Origin: Azolla caroliniana
Lineage: Eukaryota; Plantae; Polypodiophyta
NCBI GenBank assembly: GCA_043228905.1
Contig: JBHGNT010000020.1
Location: 8,928,001 to 8,992,000 of the forward strand
Direction of reading: 5' to 3'
DNA: 64,000 nucleotides
Shown here: positions 25,561 to 39,135 of the stretch, piece after piece
Layout of the letters: every line of letters begins with the position of its first letter
Position numbering within the stretch: the stretch's first letter is position 1
Notes under the pieces: model-generated
The model's database searches: none
Seen by the model: only the letters and a program-made list of their open reading frames with translations
Told to the model about the DNA's origin: nothing
Made by a program: the position numbers and the translations under genes

Positions 25561-26971
25561 ATGTACTGTGTGTGTCCAAGCTTTCCATTAAACCTGTGTT
25601 ATTTCCTACGTTTGGTTTTCTGTTGCTTCCGCACGTTGTCGTGAAGAATTTCGGCCATAGGCAAAAACCGGGAAACATTGTCTACTTCGGCGGGGTGCAG
25701 CGTGTGTACGCACCCATGTACATTTGGTGTGAATATCGAGGGCGCCTTTATGGCGCCGAAGAGTAGTCAAGTCGGGACAGACGATCCCATGAAAGTCGGG
25801 ATTTGTCCCACATTGTAACGGGTCCCTCTCCTTGTTCTATAAAAGGGAGGGAACGCCCTTTGTAAAAGGGTTGCCCATTTTGGATTAGAGGGTATACCGG
25901 TAGGTTTAGGGTTAGGGTTCTTCTGCTTCTTCTTCTTCCCCTTCGTGTTCGTTTAGGGTTGGCTGCAGCTTATCTCCTGTGCAAGACCCCGCTCGGCGCG
26001 ACGAGCCCGAGAGCTCCTCGACGGCGGCTTGACAGCAGACGACTGTTGTAAACTATCTTGGTCCGGCTCGAAGCCGGGAGTGTATTCTACATATATATAT
26101 ATACATATACGTTTGCGTCTGTCTGTGTATATTGGCGTCTTGTTGGTGTCGGGTGCTCCCCTCCTTTCCTGCGTTTCCTGTACATGAGGGTGTGTGTGTG
26201 TGTGTGTGTGCGTGTGCGCGCGTGAGTCGGTGTCAAGCACGCTCTCTCTCTCTCTCTCTCTCTCCCTTTAGCTGCTTCCGGTGCGTTTCAGGGATGCCCC
26301 AGAAACGGTGAAGTGCGACTTCCTACGCTCCGTCGCTCCCTAGTCCAAGACCCCCGTGGTCCCGCCTTTCTCCACGTACGCACGTAACAACGCGACAACG
26401 TTGTTCTTTTTACATTCTATCAGAGTGCGAGGGTTGAGAACCTCTGCAATAGACCTTAGCTCGAGAAGAAAACCTAACCTTCGAAAAGAACAAGAAAAAC
26501 AGAATGGATAGAGGCAGGGCTAGCTCGCTTCCAACCAAGAAGCTCAACAAAAACAACTACGCATCTTGGTCGTACAAGATGCACCAGTACCTGCTCGGGC
26601 ATGGATACTAGAGCTATGTTGACGAAGCAAATGACACAACACCCGATTCGGCACATAGAGACTTTCCGCTTGGGAACAGTCGGCGAGCAGAGTTGTCTAC
26701 TACTTCGCGTCTTGTGTGGGTGAACAACTTCTGAGCTATATTCGAGATGCGAAAACACCGAAGGATGCTTGGGGAAACCTGAAAAAGATTTTCTCCGCAA
26801 GCACCATAGCCAGAAAGCTCCAACTCCAACAAGACTTGAGCAGCTTGCGGCAACGCGATTTGTCGGTGGCTGATTACACATCGAAGATCAAAGATATATG
26901 CAACTCTTTACCCTCCATCGATGTGAACATCGAGGAAGGAGAAATGGTGCAAATCTGTCTCGGGGGACTAG
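25423..26971 (+). mobile_element. Copia family B-like 5' fragment: partial LTR to 26414, degenerate PBS 26415-26426, gag N-terminus
   Basis: LTR motifs GAGCATTGAAGTAC and GCTTCCGCAC are shared with B LTRs. Gag MDRGRASSLPTKKL...YASWSYKMHQYLLGHGY. Confidence 0.88.
25637..26397 (+). mobile_element. Solo LTR (761 bp) with 4-bp TSD ACGT, inside a family B-like LTR
   Basis: Termini TGTCGTG...CGCGACA. ACGT at 25633-25636 and 26398-26401. TATA-like CTATAAAAGG at ~25837. First 10 nt identical to the LTR at 34735. Confidence 0.82.
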
Positions 26972-29900
26972 TGTCGACATGAGTCTATACAACAACTCTG
27001 GGAGAAGATCGACATTATGTTTCAGAACAAAAATGTTGTTAATCAGGTTTCGGTATTTCGGAAGCTAGTAAGATTCCGGTACCAAGATGGCTCTAGCATG
27101 GCGGAGCACATGAATGCCTTCCAGGGGCTGATCCACTAGGAAACATCATTGGAAGTACCTCTCGCCAATGAGGTACTAGCACTACTCCTGCTCGGTTCCC
27201 TCCTAGATAGCTGGGAGACGTTGGTTGTCACTTTGGGCAACCCCGGGCCGGAAGGGAAACGGTTATCCCTAGCAAGAGTGAAGTCGAGCTTGCTAGATGA
27301 GGAGGCGCGCCGGAAAGACCAGGATACGAGCTCCGACTCCAAAGCGCTCCTTACCAAATCGGAACGCGGAAGACAAAGGAACCGTAGTCCCCAGAACCGG
27401 GAAAAGTCGGGGACACGGTCAAAGTCAAGGGAGAGGCCTACTTGCTTCTATTGCGACAAGCCTGACACTTTCAGAAGAACTGTCGGCACTTCCGAAAAGA
27501 CAAGGAAACTGACGGTACTAACTCGAAGCGGACACCGGACCGGAATGGTAAAGACCAGAAGGGACCGGACCGGAAGGGAATGACGGCAATCGCGGCAAGT
27601 GAAGAAGAGTTAATGCTCATCACTGAGGAGAGTGAGTTGAACTTTGCCGGCGACAAGACAACATGGGTTGTTGATTCCGGAGCATTGTTCCACCTTACCC
27701 CGGACCGGAAATGCTTCTCATCCTACACAGCCGGTGATCACGGTTGTGTTTGGATGAGGAATGAAGGTACATGCCGAATTGTCGGCATAGGAGAACTGTG
27801 GTTGACAACACCAACCGGATGTAAGCTACTGTTAAAGGATGTCTGACACGTTCCGGAGGTTCGATTGAACCTAATATCAACTGGTCGACTAGATGATGAA
27901 GGCTACATGGGTAGCATCCGGAACAGAGTCATGAAATTCAGCAAAAGGAGCCTGATAGTGGCTCCGGCCCGGAAGGTCAACACATTGTACCTAATGAATG
28001 CCCGGTTATGCCCGGAAGAAGTGAACATGGCTTCCGACACTGCCGGTAAGCTGTGGCACAAGAGACTGTGTCACATGAGCGTGAAGGGGATGAAGAGGCT
28101 TGCCGATGACAACCTCATTCCGGTGAAGAACGTGCATCTTGAGAGGTGCACCGACTGCCTAGCCGGTAAACAAAACCGGAACTCCTTCCAATCAAGGCCA
28201 CCGATGAGACGTAATGCACCATTGGAGTTGGTGCATACCGATGTGTGTCAAGTGGACACGAAGTCCCATGCCAGAGCGTAGTACTTCGTGACGTTCATAA
28301 ATGACTACAGCAGGAGCCTGTGGGCCACACCGTTGAAGACGAAGGTTTAGGTGTTATCCGTCTTCAAGGAGCTTCATGCAAGAGTTGAAAGAGAAACCAG
28401 ACGGAAGTTGAAGGTGGTTCGGGCAAATAATGAAGGGGAATACCGGGGGCAGTTCGAGGAGTACTGCTGCTCGAAGGGAATCCGACTCGAATTTATCGTG
28501 CCGAAGACGCCGGAACTAAACGGACTAGCCAAGATGATGAACCAGACCATAATGGAGAGGGTCTGAAGTATGCTAGGACATGCTAAACTACCCAAGAAGT
28601 TTTGGGCTGAGGCGCTGTCGACAACGACATATGTGATAAACAGATCACCGTCAGTGCCCTTGGACGGAGACACGCCGCAAAAGGTGTGGACCGGTAAGGA
28701 AGTGTCCTACCGGCATTTGAAGGTGTCCGGGTGTCTCGCGTACAAGCATGTTGTTAAGGACCGGAGAGGAAAGTTGGATCCAAAGACCCGACCATGCATA
28801 TTCCTCTGATACGGCGATGATGAGTTCGGCTACCGAGTGTGGGAACCGGTTGACAAGAAGGTTTTCCGGAGCCGAGATATTATCTTCATGGAGCACAAGA
28901 CTCTTGCCGACTGGGAGTCGGAGAAGAAGATAATGAACACCGATGAGATTCGGACCCACTTGGCTAAGAGCCGGTTGACACTCGAGGAACCAACCGGTTA
29001 CGGTGAGGATACCGAACTGGCAGAAGAAGAAGTAGAGGAAGCTGAAACCGGAACTGGCCAAGACCCCGAATCGGATTCGGATGAAGAACAAATAGAGAGG
29101 AGCCGGTTGTCGAAAGCCAAAGACGGAGATATCCTCTCAAAGAGAGGAGGCCCCCCCGGAGATTTCCGGATGCAGAGCATGTGCTGCTGACCGATGAGGG
29201 GGAGCCGGAAAGCTTCGAAGAAGCGAAGGATGATACCCATAGTCGCAAGTGGTTGAGTGCCATGCAGGATGAGATGGATGCCCTGCATGAGAACCACACG
29301 TATGAATTGGTGGAGTTTCCGAAAGGAAAGAGGGCACTCCGAAACAAGTGGGTGTACAAGTTGAAACCGGGAGATGCCCACAACCCTCCAAGGTACAAAG
29401 CCAAGATCGTGGTGAAGGGGTTCTAGCAAAAGAAGGGTGTGGACTTCGACGAGATATTTGCCCCGATAGTAAAGGTGACTTCCATCCGGACGGTGCTGAG
29501 CATAGCGGCAAGCATGGACCTCGAGGTAGAGCAGTTAGACGTGAAGACGACATTCCCCCACGACGACCTCGAAGAGGAGATCTACATGCAGCAACCAGAG
29601 GGATTTGTGAAGAAAGGGAAGGAGCACCTGGTTTTCCGATTAAAAAAGAGCCTCTACGGGTTGAAGCAGGCTCCCCGGCAATGGTACCGGAAGTTCAACT
29701 CCTTCATGACTGATCAAGGGTACCACAAGACGCAAGCCGATCACTATGTATTTGTGAAGAAGTTCGAAGGTGGAGACTTCCTGATACTCCTCTTGTACGT
29801 GGACCACATGTTGATCGTCGGACCAGACCAAGTCAAGATACGGATGCTGAAGAAGGCCCTGAACCGGACCTTCTCAATGAAAGACTTGGGTTCGGCAAGA

Positions 29901-31417
29901 CAGATGTTGGGGATGCATATCATCCGGGACCGGCGAACGAAGCAATTGTGGCTGTCATAGGAGAAGTATGTGACAAAGGTGCTTCAGCGGTTCAACATGT
30001 CAGATGTGAAACCGGTCGGATCGACACATCCGGCAAACTGCAGGTTATCCGGTAAGCTAAGCCCGAAGACGAAGGCAGAGAAGCCGGATATAATGAAGAT
30101 ACCATATGCCTCTACCGTCGGGAGCCTAATGTACGCAATGGTGTGTACCCCACTGGACATCGGATATGCAGTCGGAGTGGTGAGCCGGTTTATGAGCAAT
30201 CCCGAAAAGGAGCATTGGAATGCGATAAAATGGATACTCCGATACTTGAAGGGCACCTCAAGTATGTGTCTTCGATTCGGCTCTGGTAAACCCCAACTTG
30301 ACGGTTTCACCGATTCAGATATGTTGGTTGATGTGGATACCAGTCGGTCAACATTCGGATATGTCATGACATATATACGGGGGGAGCTGTTTCGTGGCCA
30401 TTGAGGCTGCAGAAGACGGTTGCGTTGTCAACCACGGAAGCGGAGTACATGGCGGCTGTGGAAGCCGGCAAGGAAATACTATGGATGAAGAACTTCATCC
30501 AAGAGCTAGGGATCCGGCAAGAGGAATACCAGCTCTATTGCAACAGTCAAAGTGCCATCCACCTTGCGAAGAACGCAACGTATCATTCCAGGACCAAGCA
30601 CATCTAGCGGAGGTACCACTGGATTCGGGAGCGAGTAGAAGACCGAGAGTTCGTGCTGATGAAGATCCACATGGAGGAGAATGGGTCGGATATGTTAACC
30701 AAAGTGTTGACGCCCGACAAGCTAGACGCACACCGGAACCAGATTGGATTGACGAGGCATCCCATGCCGGAGTGAAGGGGGAGTTTGTTAGGATCTCGGT
30801 CCTCCGGATGGGATACGAAGACCCGGCAACGGAAGACCCGGTGAGAACCAGATGTGGAGTACCTAGAACCGGATGATGTAGACAGTGAGAACCGGATGAC
30901 GAGTACCAGGCAAGGAAGGCCCGGTGAGAACCGGATGTTGCAGGCCCGGTGAGAACCTCTCTCCGGATGAAGGGACATATATGTAAATATGTTCCAGAGA
31001 GCCCACTGGGGCTATATTTGTAAATAGCCCGAAAGTCATATTAGTATAAATATGACCTAGGGCAAACTCAATGGCGATGATGATAGAGTTATTGGTGTAA
31101 CTCCTGTACAGTGCATAAGAGTGAGAGAGAGAGCGATATACAGAGATCGTGTCTCTTTTGTGACCGCCGCTAGGCGAAGATTGTAGGCAAGAGGTTGATG
31201 CCTCTGTGCTCCTTGTTGTATTATTTGACATAGTGATAGTTTGGAGTCTATGGACTCCCGTGGTTTTTCCCTCTCAAGGTTTTTCCACGTTAACATCCTG
31301 CGTATTCTCTTTCTGTTTTGTGTACTTACCCCCATTCCCATTTCTTCTGTGTTTGATTGTCATCAAGTGATCTACGCTTCGGTTGTGGCCAGAGATTATT
31401 CCGCATATTACGCGTCA
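26972..31417 (+). mobile_element. Ty1/copia family A element lacking its own 5' end; 3' LTR 30786-31417
   Basis: Degraded gag-PR-INT-RT-RH highly similar to 1-2441. PPT AGTGAAGGGGGAG at 30771-30783. LTR TGTTAGG...CGTCA. Confidence 0.93.
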
Positions 31418-32039
31418 CTCCACTCGTCCTAATCACAAAACATTTCTTCATTCAGTTTGCATCAGCCATCTCGCCGCTAAGAAACTTGCCAATGTACACG
31501 AAAATCCTGTATTAAGAACAACACTTAGTCTAAAATGTGCTTCATTTTCCACATCAACAATGTGCTTCATTTTCTACATCAACCCTCTGTTCGTTCACCA
31601 CCTAAAACCTGTACAAACAACAATAGAGTAAATGTATTGTGTCCATCCCCTCCTAAAAATGTGCTTCAACCCCCCGCCAACACCATCATTCATCCTTACC
31701 AACTAGAAATACTTCCATGACTACAAACAAACTTAATGCACTACTGTCCTAATGACAAATTAATGTGGACTTCCTATTTAGTCATTGTCTTTTCGTGCAG
31801 AAACTAAGGTAGAAATGGAAGCACTTTTTTCTATTCGCCTCACGAGCGGGCTCTTATCACTCCGCTCGCGTAGTGAACGGAACAGATGGGCGTTAAAGAA
31901 AAGAAACGTTAGCCGCCCGCTCTTCCATTTCCTAAAAACCCTCAATATGACTAATTGTGTTAGTAGCGGCACTAAATATTTGAATAGGAGAGAAGAGCTA
32001 ACGTGCTCAGCAACCGCCCGCCCGTTTAATAATTTATTC

Positions 32040-32950
32040 ATTTTTTGAGCAGGTATATTGTCATAATTTTGTATTCAATATAAATGACATTGGTGGCGGA
32101 AATAACCACCGAGGTGGAACATAATTCCACTGAACATCTTCACCTGCTGCATCCAAGAAAATAGGAATAGCTATCCAAACTCATCTAATTCTCTTTCTTT
32201 TCTGGTTAAGTACATTTCCAAACCCCTTATAGCTATCATATTCACCTTTAACCGTATTTACCAACAATTCCCAGAAAGATTTAACTTGATCCACAACATT
32301 AGTTTGTTCATCATTATATATTTTAGAACACCTTGCTTTCCAAATAATCCATAAGGCCAAAGAGGAGATAATGTTCCAAACATAAAGCCTGGAAAAGAAC
32401 TTGACTCCCTGCAAGGAGCTATTTGTAACATACACCTGAAAACTTTTCACATGTAAAGTCAACGATGAATTATGATGATGATAAAATACCATTTCTTGAG
32501 CCAACATACCCCAAAAGATTGTACCCCACGTGAATTTAGCAGCCCTATACTTACGACCTAAAAGCCTTAGAATACGAGACAAAAAACATTTGGCCGTAAC
32601 ACATTCCCAAAAAGCATGATGCAATGTCTCAGATGCAAAACCACACCTACCACATGATCGATCAGGTACTGTTCCCCTCAATAAAGCTCCTATTGGCAAT
32701 GCATAATGAATAATTAACCATCGAAAGTGCAATACCTTGTTCATACATTTAAGTGACCAAAACTGTTTCCAGAACTTCAACATATATGAAGATGACACAT
32801 TACCTTCCTCCCAATATTTTTTCCCTGCAGGAATCGACTCTATCTCATTTAACAAAACCTTTCTACCCAATGCCACAGAATATGCGAAAAATGGAAGAAC
32901 TTTCTCTTGTGTAGTGTCAGACATGGGCAACTTCCAACCATAATCTAATG
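32040..32950 (-). mobile_element. L1-type LINE 3' end (zf-RVT C-terminal domain and short poly-A tail)
   Basis: ORF 32181-32930 with CGRCGFASETLHHAFWEC and LWIIWKARC. T7 run at 32040-32046 is the minus-strand A tail. Confidence 0.85.
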
Positions 32951-35580
32951 GATCCTTTGCAGATCAGCAATTGGTCTAGAGTGTAAAACCCACATATGAG
33001 ATGAATACTTAGCAATTAATGGATTAGGATTAATGGGTTTGCTTACTGTATTAAAAACAAATAGAGATTACTTTATTAGAGTAGATGTAGTGGTTGAAAC
33101 AGATTGTCTGCCACTCATCGAAATGATAGCAAGGTGCACCACACCAGATATTGCAATGCTTTGGTGGATTGCATACATCAGAACCATGAACCTAGAATTA
33201 CGACATATAAAGGGCAAAGAGAACCCATTCGCAGATATGTTGTCAAGAGCAAGATTCATAAATGAAAGGGTGATGCAAGTTAAGGATAAGAATTGGGCAA
33301 CTACAAGCCATCAAGTTGCTCATCAAGTATCTATTAAGCCTCATGATGAGTTTAATGTAAGCATAATGTTCAAAGACACGGAGTATGAAGGTCAATGGTT
33401 AGAAATAGGAAATTTTCTAAAGACTCAAGAAGCCAACCCATCATGGTCGAAGAAACAGTTAAATGAATTTCGAAGATGAGCATTCAAGTTTTTTTTACAT
33501 GAAGGGCATTTATGGAGGCGTCCAAAAAGGCCAACCTAAAATCCTCTTCGAGTCATTTGTAAGGATGACATTAAGAGAAAATTAATTATTGAATTCCATG
33601 ATAGCTTGTGGGTAGAACATAGAGGCATATGGGCGACATTTATGAAGTTGAATGAAAAGTATTGGTGGCCACATATGTATAAAGATATAACGAAATTTGT
33701 GGAAACCTGTGAGGTCTACCAGAGTTATTCAACTATTCAGTATTGAGATGAGCTAAAACCAACATATTCATCATCAATGCATTATAAATGGATGGTCGAT
33801 CTAGTGACAATGCCACTTGGGGAAGGTCAAATGCAATGTTTAGTACTAGCAAGAGAAGACCTTACAAACCAAGTAGAAGGAAGACCACTATGACAAAAAA
33901 CAACTAGAGTTATATGTAAATTTTTATTAGAAGATATAATATGTCATTATGGGTGTGTTGGTAAAATAATTGCAGATAGAGGAGAACTTGATTCTAATGA
34001 AGCTAAATAATTCTTCGGCCGGATAAGGGTCAAATTATTGCTTACAACTCCATATAATCCAGAGGTTAATGGAAAGATTGAAAGAGGACATAGCCCAATA
34101 GTTAAGGCGATCGTGAAAAGTTGTAAAGGTAGAATAAGAGATTGGCCATGCATGCTACCTTATGCACTATGGGCATATCAGACAATACATAGTTCGGTAA
34201 CAGGATATATGCCAGTTGAACTGATACATGGCCAAAAGCCCATCATGCCAATAGAAGAATCAATTATGTCATGAACATCTATTCCATGGAGAGAAGAGCT
34301 AAGTAGAGAAGAATTGCTTGCTTTGCGAATTCAACAATTAGAGCGCCAGCCTTAAGATGTAGAATTAGCAGCCCAATGATTGAAGGAGGCTCGACTAAAG
34401 AATAAAATTCGTTTTGATAAAACTCACAAAATTTGACATAAGAAGATAGAAGGGGATTGGGTGCTTGTGTATGATAGCAGTTTAGATAATCAACATAGCA
34501 CCGTCCGCAAGTTCGCTGAAAGATGGTTTGGGCCTTACATAGTAAGAAAAGTATATGATAACTTTACTTATAAACTTAATGAATTGGATGGAACACTAAT
34601 CCTAAACGTGGTAGCTAGAAAGAGGATAAAAGTATTTAAGAAAAGGTTTGAGCTTGAACCTCCTCCAATAGATCAACATGAAGATTAAAGATAGTGGCAC
34701 ATGCCGGAGGATGTTCAGGTCTAGAGGGGGTGGATGTCGTGAAGTACTAAAGGTTCACATTAAAAGTCTACAAAAAGATAAATACGTAACTAAAGTAAAA
34801 TATATCTTGATAATGTTTTATAAAGGTAATATTAAAAAACACACTATATGATAATATTATACATTATATGCAGAGGCAAATAAAAAATATATATATTATA
34901 TTACATGGATAAGAGAGGACTTGAATCAATAACCCCCATCTTATAACTCTTAAACCTTACCATTTACCCTATAATTGTAGTATGTATAAAACTATATGTC
35001 TTCTGACATATGACCCACATGCAAAACCATCCCCTTCCTATAAAAGGAGAAGGGAGTATAGCCAGAAGGATATCAAGGAACCAATCAATCATATTGAATA
35101 GAATTATTGTATGAATCGAGGGAAATTATATTGTACGAGATATCATAAAAGAGAAAGAGGGAGAGAAGGTAAAAGCTATATACAATCTTCAAAAGACAAG
35201 AGAAGAACTAGCTTGGCGGCGGCTGTGCTCAACTCGTAACGAAAAGGCTGAGGTTCGAGTCTTATCCTCATCGAAAAATAGAAGGGAAGGTTGTGGTCTA
35301 CTATCAAGAAAGAGAAGAGCGACTACTTTTGTGAGATAAAGTTTGACGGTTCAATGACGCTCGCATTACATTTTGTAACTCTTTCATGAAATAATTATAA
35401 ATTTCTTACATTCCCTCAATTATCATTTTACATCCTTTCTTGTCATATCTTCATGATCACTATTTACACTATCTCTACTCTTTCGTCTCTTCCGTCCATA
35501 ATCCTAGCGATTCCTTCCTCACTTTCACATTATCTTCTGTCTACGCAACGCTAAGCTTCTGGGCGAGCCACGCCACGACA
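32951..35580 (+). mobile_element. Ty3/gypsy family H, 3' half: RNase H-integrase remnant, PPT, 3' LTR 34735-35580
   Basis: VETDCLPL, ADMLSRAR, TTPYNPEVNGKIERGH, WFGPY motifs. PPT AGAGGGGGTGGA. LTR TGTCGTG...CACGACA (7-bp perfect inverted termini), TATA CTATAAAAGG at ~35038. Confidence 0.9.
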
Positions 35581-38500
35581 CCATGTACTCTACGTGTGTT
35601 TCAAGCTTTCCATTAAACGTACATATATTTTTTTGTTGCTATCTGGCGAAGCCAGTTGTGTCTATACGCTTCCGCATGTTAACTTTCACATAGTATCAGA
35701 GCGCGAGGGTTGAGAATCCTCTCCTGCCGACAGAAAGAGCTTAGACAGACTAAGACCCAGCTTCCGGTAAAGAATAGAAAGAAAGAAGGAAAAAATCAAT
35801 AGAAGCATGGCAAGCTCGCTTCTTACGAAAAAGCTCGACTAGAGCAACTATGCATCTTGGTTATACAAGATGCACCAGTACCTGTTGGGACATGGCTACT
35901 AGAGTTATGTAGAAGGAGCAAATGAAGTAGTGTCGGAACCGGCAGACAATGACTTCCCGGTATGGGAACAAGGAGCAAGCAGAGTGTTGTACTACTTTAC
36001 ATCCTAAGTGCACGACCAGATGCTCAGCTACATCAAGGATTCAAAAATGCTGAAAGAAGCTAGGGAGAATCTGAAGAAGAGTTTCTCAGCAAGCACAACG
36101 ACCCGAAAGTTGCAGCTCCAGCAATAACTCAACGACATCTGCCAAAGGGAGACGTCGGTCAACGAGTACACCATCAAGATCAAGGAGATCTGCAATGCAC
36201 TAGGGTCCATCAACGTGAGTGTGGACGAAGATGAGATGGTGCAGATCTGCCTTGGTGGTCTAGCGTAGAGGTATTGGCCAATCTGGATGGAGATATGCAC
36301 CCGGAAGAAGCCACTATCCTTTTTCGACTTGCAATCAATGCTGATGGTTGAAGAAAACCATGCGAGTGCATTGAGGACCATTCAATTGGACCACTGGATG
36401 TTGTACACGGAGGTGGATCAGCCCTGTGAGTGTGGCGGACGAGGTGGATCGGCACGCAACGAAGGCAGTCGACAAGAGTAGGAAAGAAGGCATAGAAGTG
36501 GTGCCGACAACAGTTTCAGACCCTCCACAAGCAGGGGGAGTCAAGATGGTGGACGAAGATGAGATGGTGCAGATTTGGCTCGATGGTCTAGCGCAGAGAT
36601 ACGGGCGAATCCGGACGGCAATATGCAGCCAAGAGAAGCCACCGTCCTTTTTCGACTTGCAATCGATGTTGATGGACGAAGAAAACCACACGAGTGGGTC
36701 GAGGACTACTCAATCGGACAACCGGATTATGCACACATAGGTGGATCAGCCCCGTGGGCATGGTGGACAAGGTGGATCAACACGCAACGGAGGCGGCCTA
36801 CAAGAGCAGGAAAGAAGGCACAGAAGTGGTGCCTATAGCAATTCCGAACCCTCCACAAGCGGGGGTGAGTCAAGGTGGTGCCGAAACCCGACAACAAAGG
36901 CCGAAATGGAATGTGGTACTATGGTAAGAAAAGCCACTAGGAGTGCAAGTGCTAGAAGAAGCACGCCGATTTAGACAGATCCGGATCCGGCAAAGACGAA
37001 CACGGAAGTCGGCAGAGATTGCAGTACGCTAAACGGTCGGAAGGACCCAAAATCGGAAAAGGGCCAGCCTTCGTGATGAAGTACCAAGAGAACGTGATGA
37101 AGAAGACCACCTCCAAATCAGGTGAGGTGTGGTACATTGACTCTAGAGCATCAAATCATATGATGGGCCATGAGGAATGGTTCTCGTATCTAGAGAAACT
37201 GGAGCAACCGGGAGTGGTCGAAACCGGAGTTTACACTCCACACCCGATCAAACATGTCGGAGAAGTCCCCCTCAGTCATGTCGGACAAAAGGGGAAGCTC
37301 ATTAACGTGTTACACGTCCCTAAAATTACAAAGAATGTAGTGTCAGTCGGGCAGATCGTCGATCAAGGAATGCAAGTTCAATTCCCCCACCTCGGTTGCT
37401 TCATCAAGGAAGAGGGCCAGATTATCGCACAAGGGTGCCTGGACAGGAGGATGTTCATTCTCAATACCAATGACGTTGGCACTGCTTCGTTTATGAAAGG
37501 ATAGAAAGTCAAGTCGGATATTGACTTATGGCACAAGCAGATCGGCCACGTCAATTAATAGAGGCTTCAAGAGCTACAATTGAAACAGGGGTATTTGGAT
37601 TGCCAAATTTTAGTGGCCAGAAGGCCCAAAATTGTGAAGCTTGCCAGGTTCGGAAACAACATCGACTTCCATTCCCCAACGAGCAAAACCGGAGCCAAAA
37701 CAAGGTTGACTTGATACACTCGGACATTTGGGGACCATTACAGAATGTGAGTCTTGACGGGAGTCAATACTTCGTCTCCTTCATTGACGACTACAACTGG
37801 CACACGTGGACCTACCTCATCGAGAAGAAAATCGAAGTCTTCGAATGTTTTCGGAACCTGAAAAGCGTTGTCGAAAGGGAAACTGAGAGGAATATAAAGT
37901 GTTTGTGGTCGGATGGCAGAAAAGAATACTTTTCCAGCCAATTCAACTGTTATTTCAAGTAGGTGGGAATTCGGAGAGAATTCAGCTGCAGATAGAGGGT
38001 CGAACCGACGAACTGGTCAATTGTGGAAGCTGCATGGGCGATGATAGAGAAGAAGAGAATGCCCAAGTTCCACTGGGCCGAAATAGTCCAAACTGCTATC
38101 TACATCGAAAATTGGATCGAGGAAAAGGTGTTAGCACATGAGCTATATTTCGCACGGAAGCCGAACTTAAGACACCTCAGGGTATTCGGTACCATAGCCT
38201 ATGTGCAACATTACCGAATGAGAAGCGGAGAAAGTTGAACCTGAAGTTAGAGAAGTGCATATTGGTCAGCTACTCAGATGAATAGAAGGGGTATAAGTGT
38301 TATAACCCCCGGACCTAAGAAGTTTGAGTAAGCCGCGATGTCGAATTTGACGGGTCGGTGTCATGGTACTCCCTACCGACTCCGACTCCGACCACATGAT
38401 CACTGAGGATGAGGTCAGTGAAGCCGACATGATTCAGGAAGAAGAAAAAGAAGAAGATATTGAAACTTTGGAGGAGAGTTCGATTTCATTCCGGTTGAGT

Positions 38501-39135
38501 GGGCCGAATGAAAGACTGAGCCGGAATGACCAATCAGATGACGAGCCAGCGAGTAACGAAGACTTGACTGTGTAATCCCCATGCAAGGAACCAAAGAGAC
38601 GTTTCACACGGAAGGAAAAAGGGAAGAAGAAGATGTCGGAATACGGCACCGACAAGGAAGAGTCGGATCGGAGCAAATCTGACACCGGAAAGCATGAAGA
38701 TGGACCTTTGGAAACGAAGTCTGAGTCGGGCAAGAGGTCCTTAAAATCGGCAAATAAGAAGTTACGCCGATCTACCCGCCAAAAGAACCTCGTGATGTGG
38801 TACAGGTATAATGAATACATGGCGCATCATTATGCGTACATGACAAAGGTGGCGGAAGTGCGTGAGCCAAAGAGCTACGGAGATGTGGCAAAAGATGCGA
38901 ATTGGCGTGCGCTATTGAGGAAGAAATGCGGGCACTCGATGCCAATGACACGTGGGACCTGGTTGACCCTCCCCAACACTGCAAACCGATGGGCTACAAA
39001 TAGGTATACAAGGTAAAGTATAATGGTGATAGTTCGGTCAACTGGTACAAGGCATGGTTGGTGGCCAATTGATATGCGGAGGCCCACGGAATCGACTACG
39101 ACAAGACCTTAGCACCGGTAGCGAAGATGACGACC
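35581..39135 (+). mobile_element. Copia family B-like element, truncated in RT; LTR remainder 35581-35690, PBS 35691-35702
   Basis: PBS TAGTATCAGAGC. Degraded gag-PR-INT-RT homologous to 21900-24900; ends at APVAKMTT. Confidence 0.9.
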
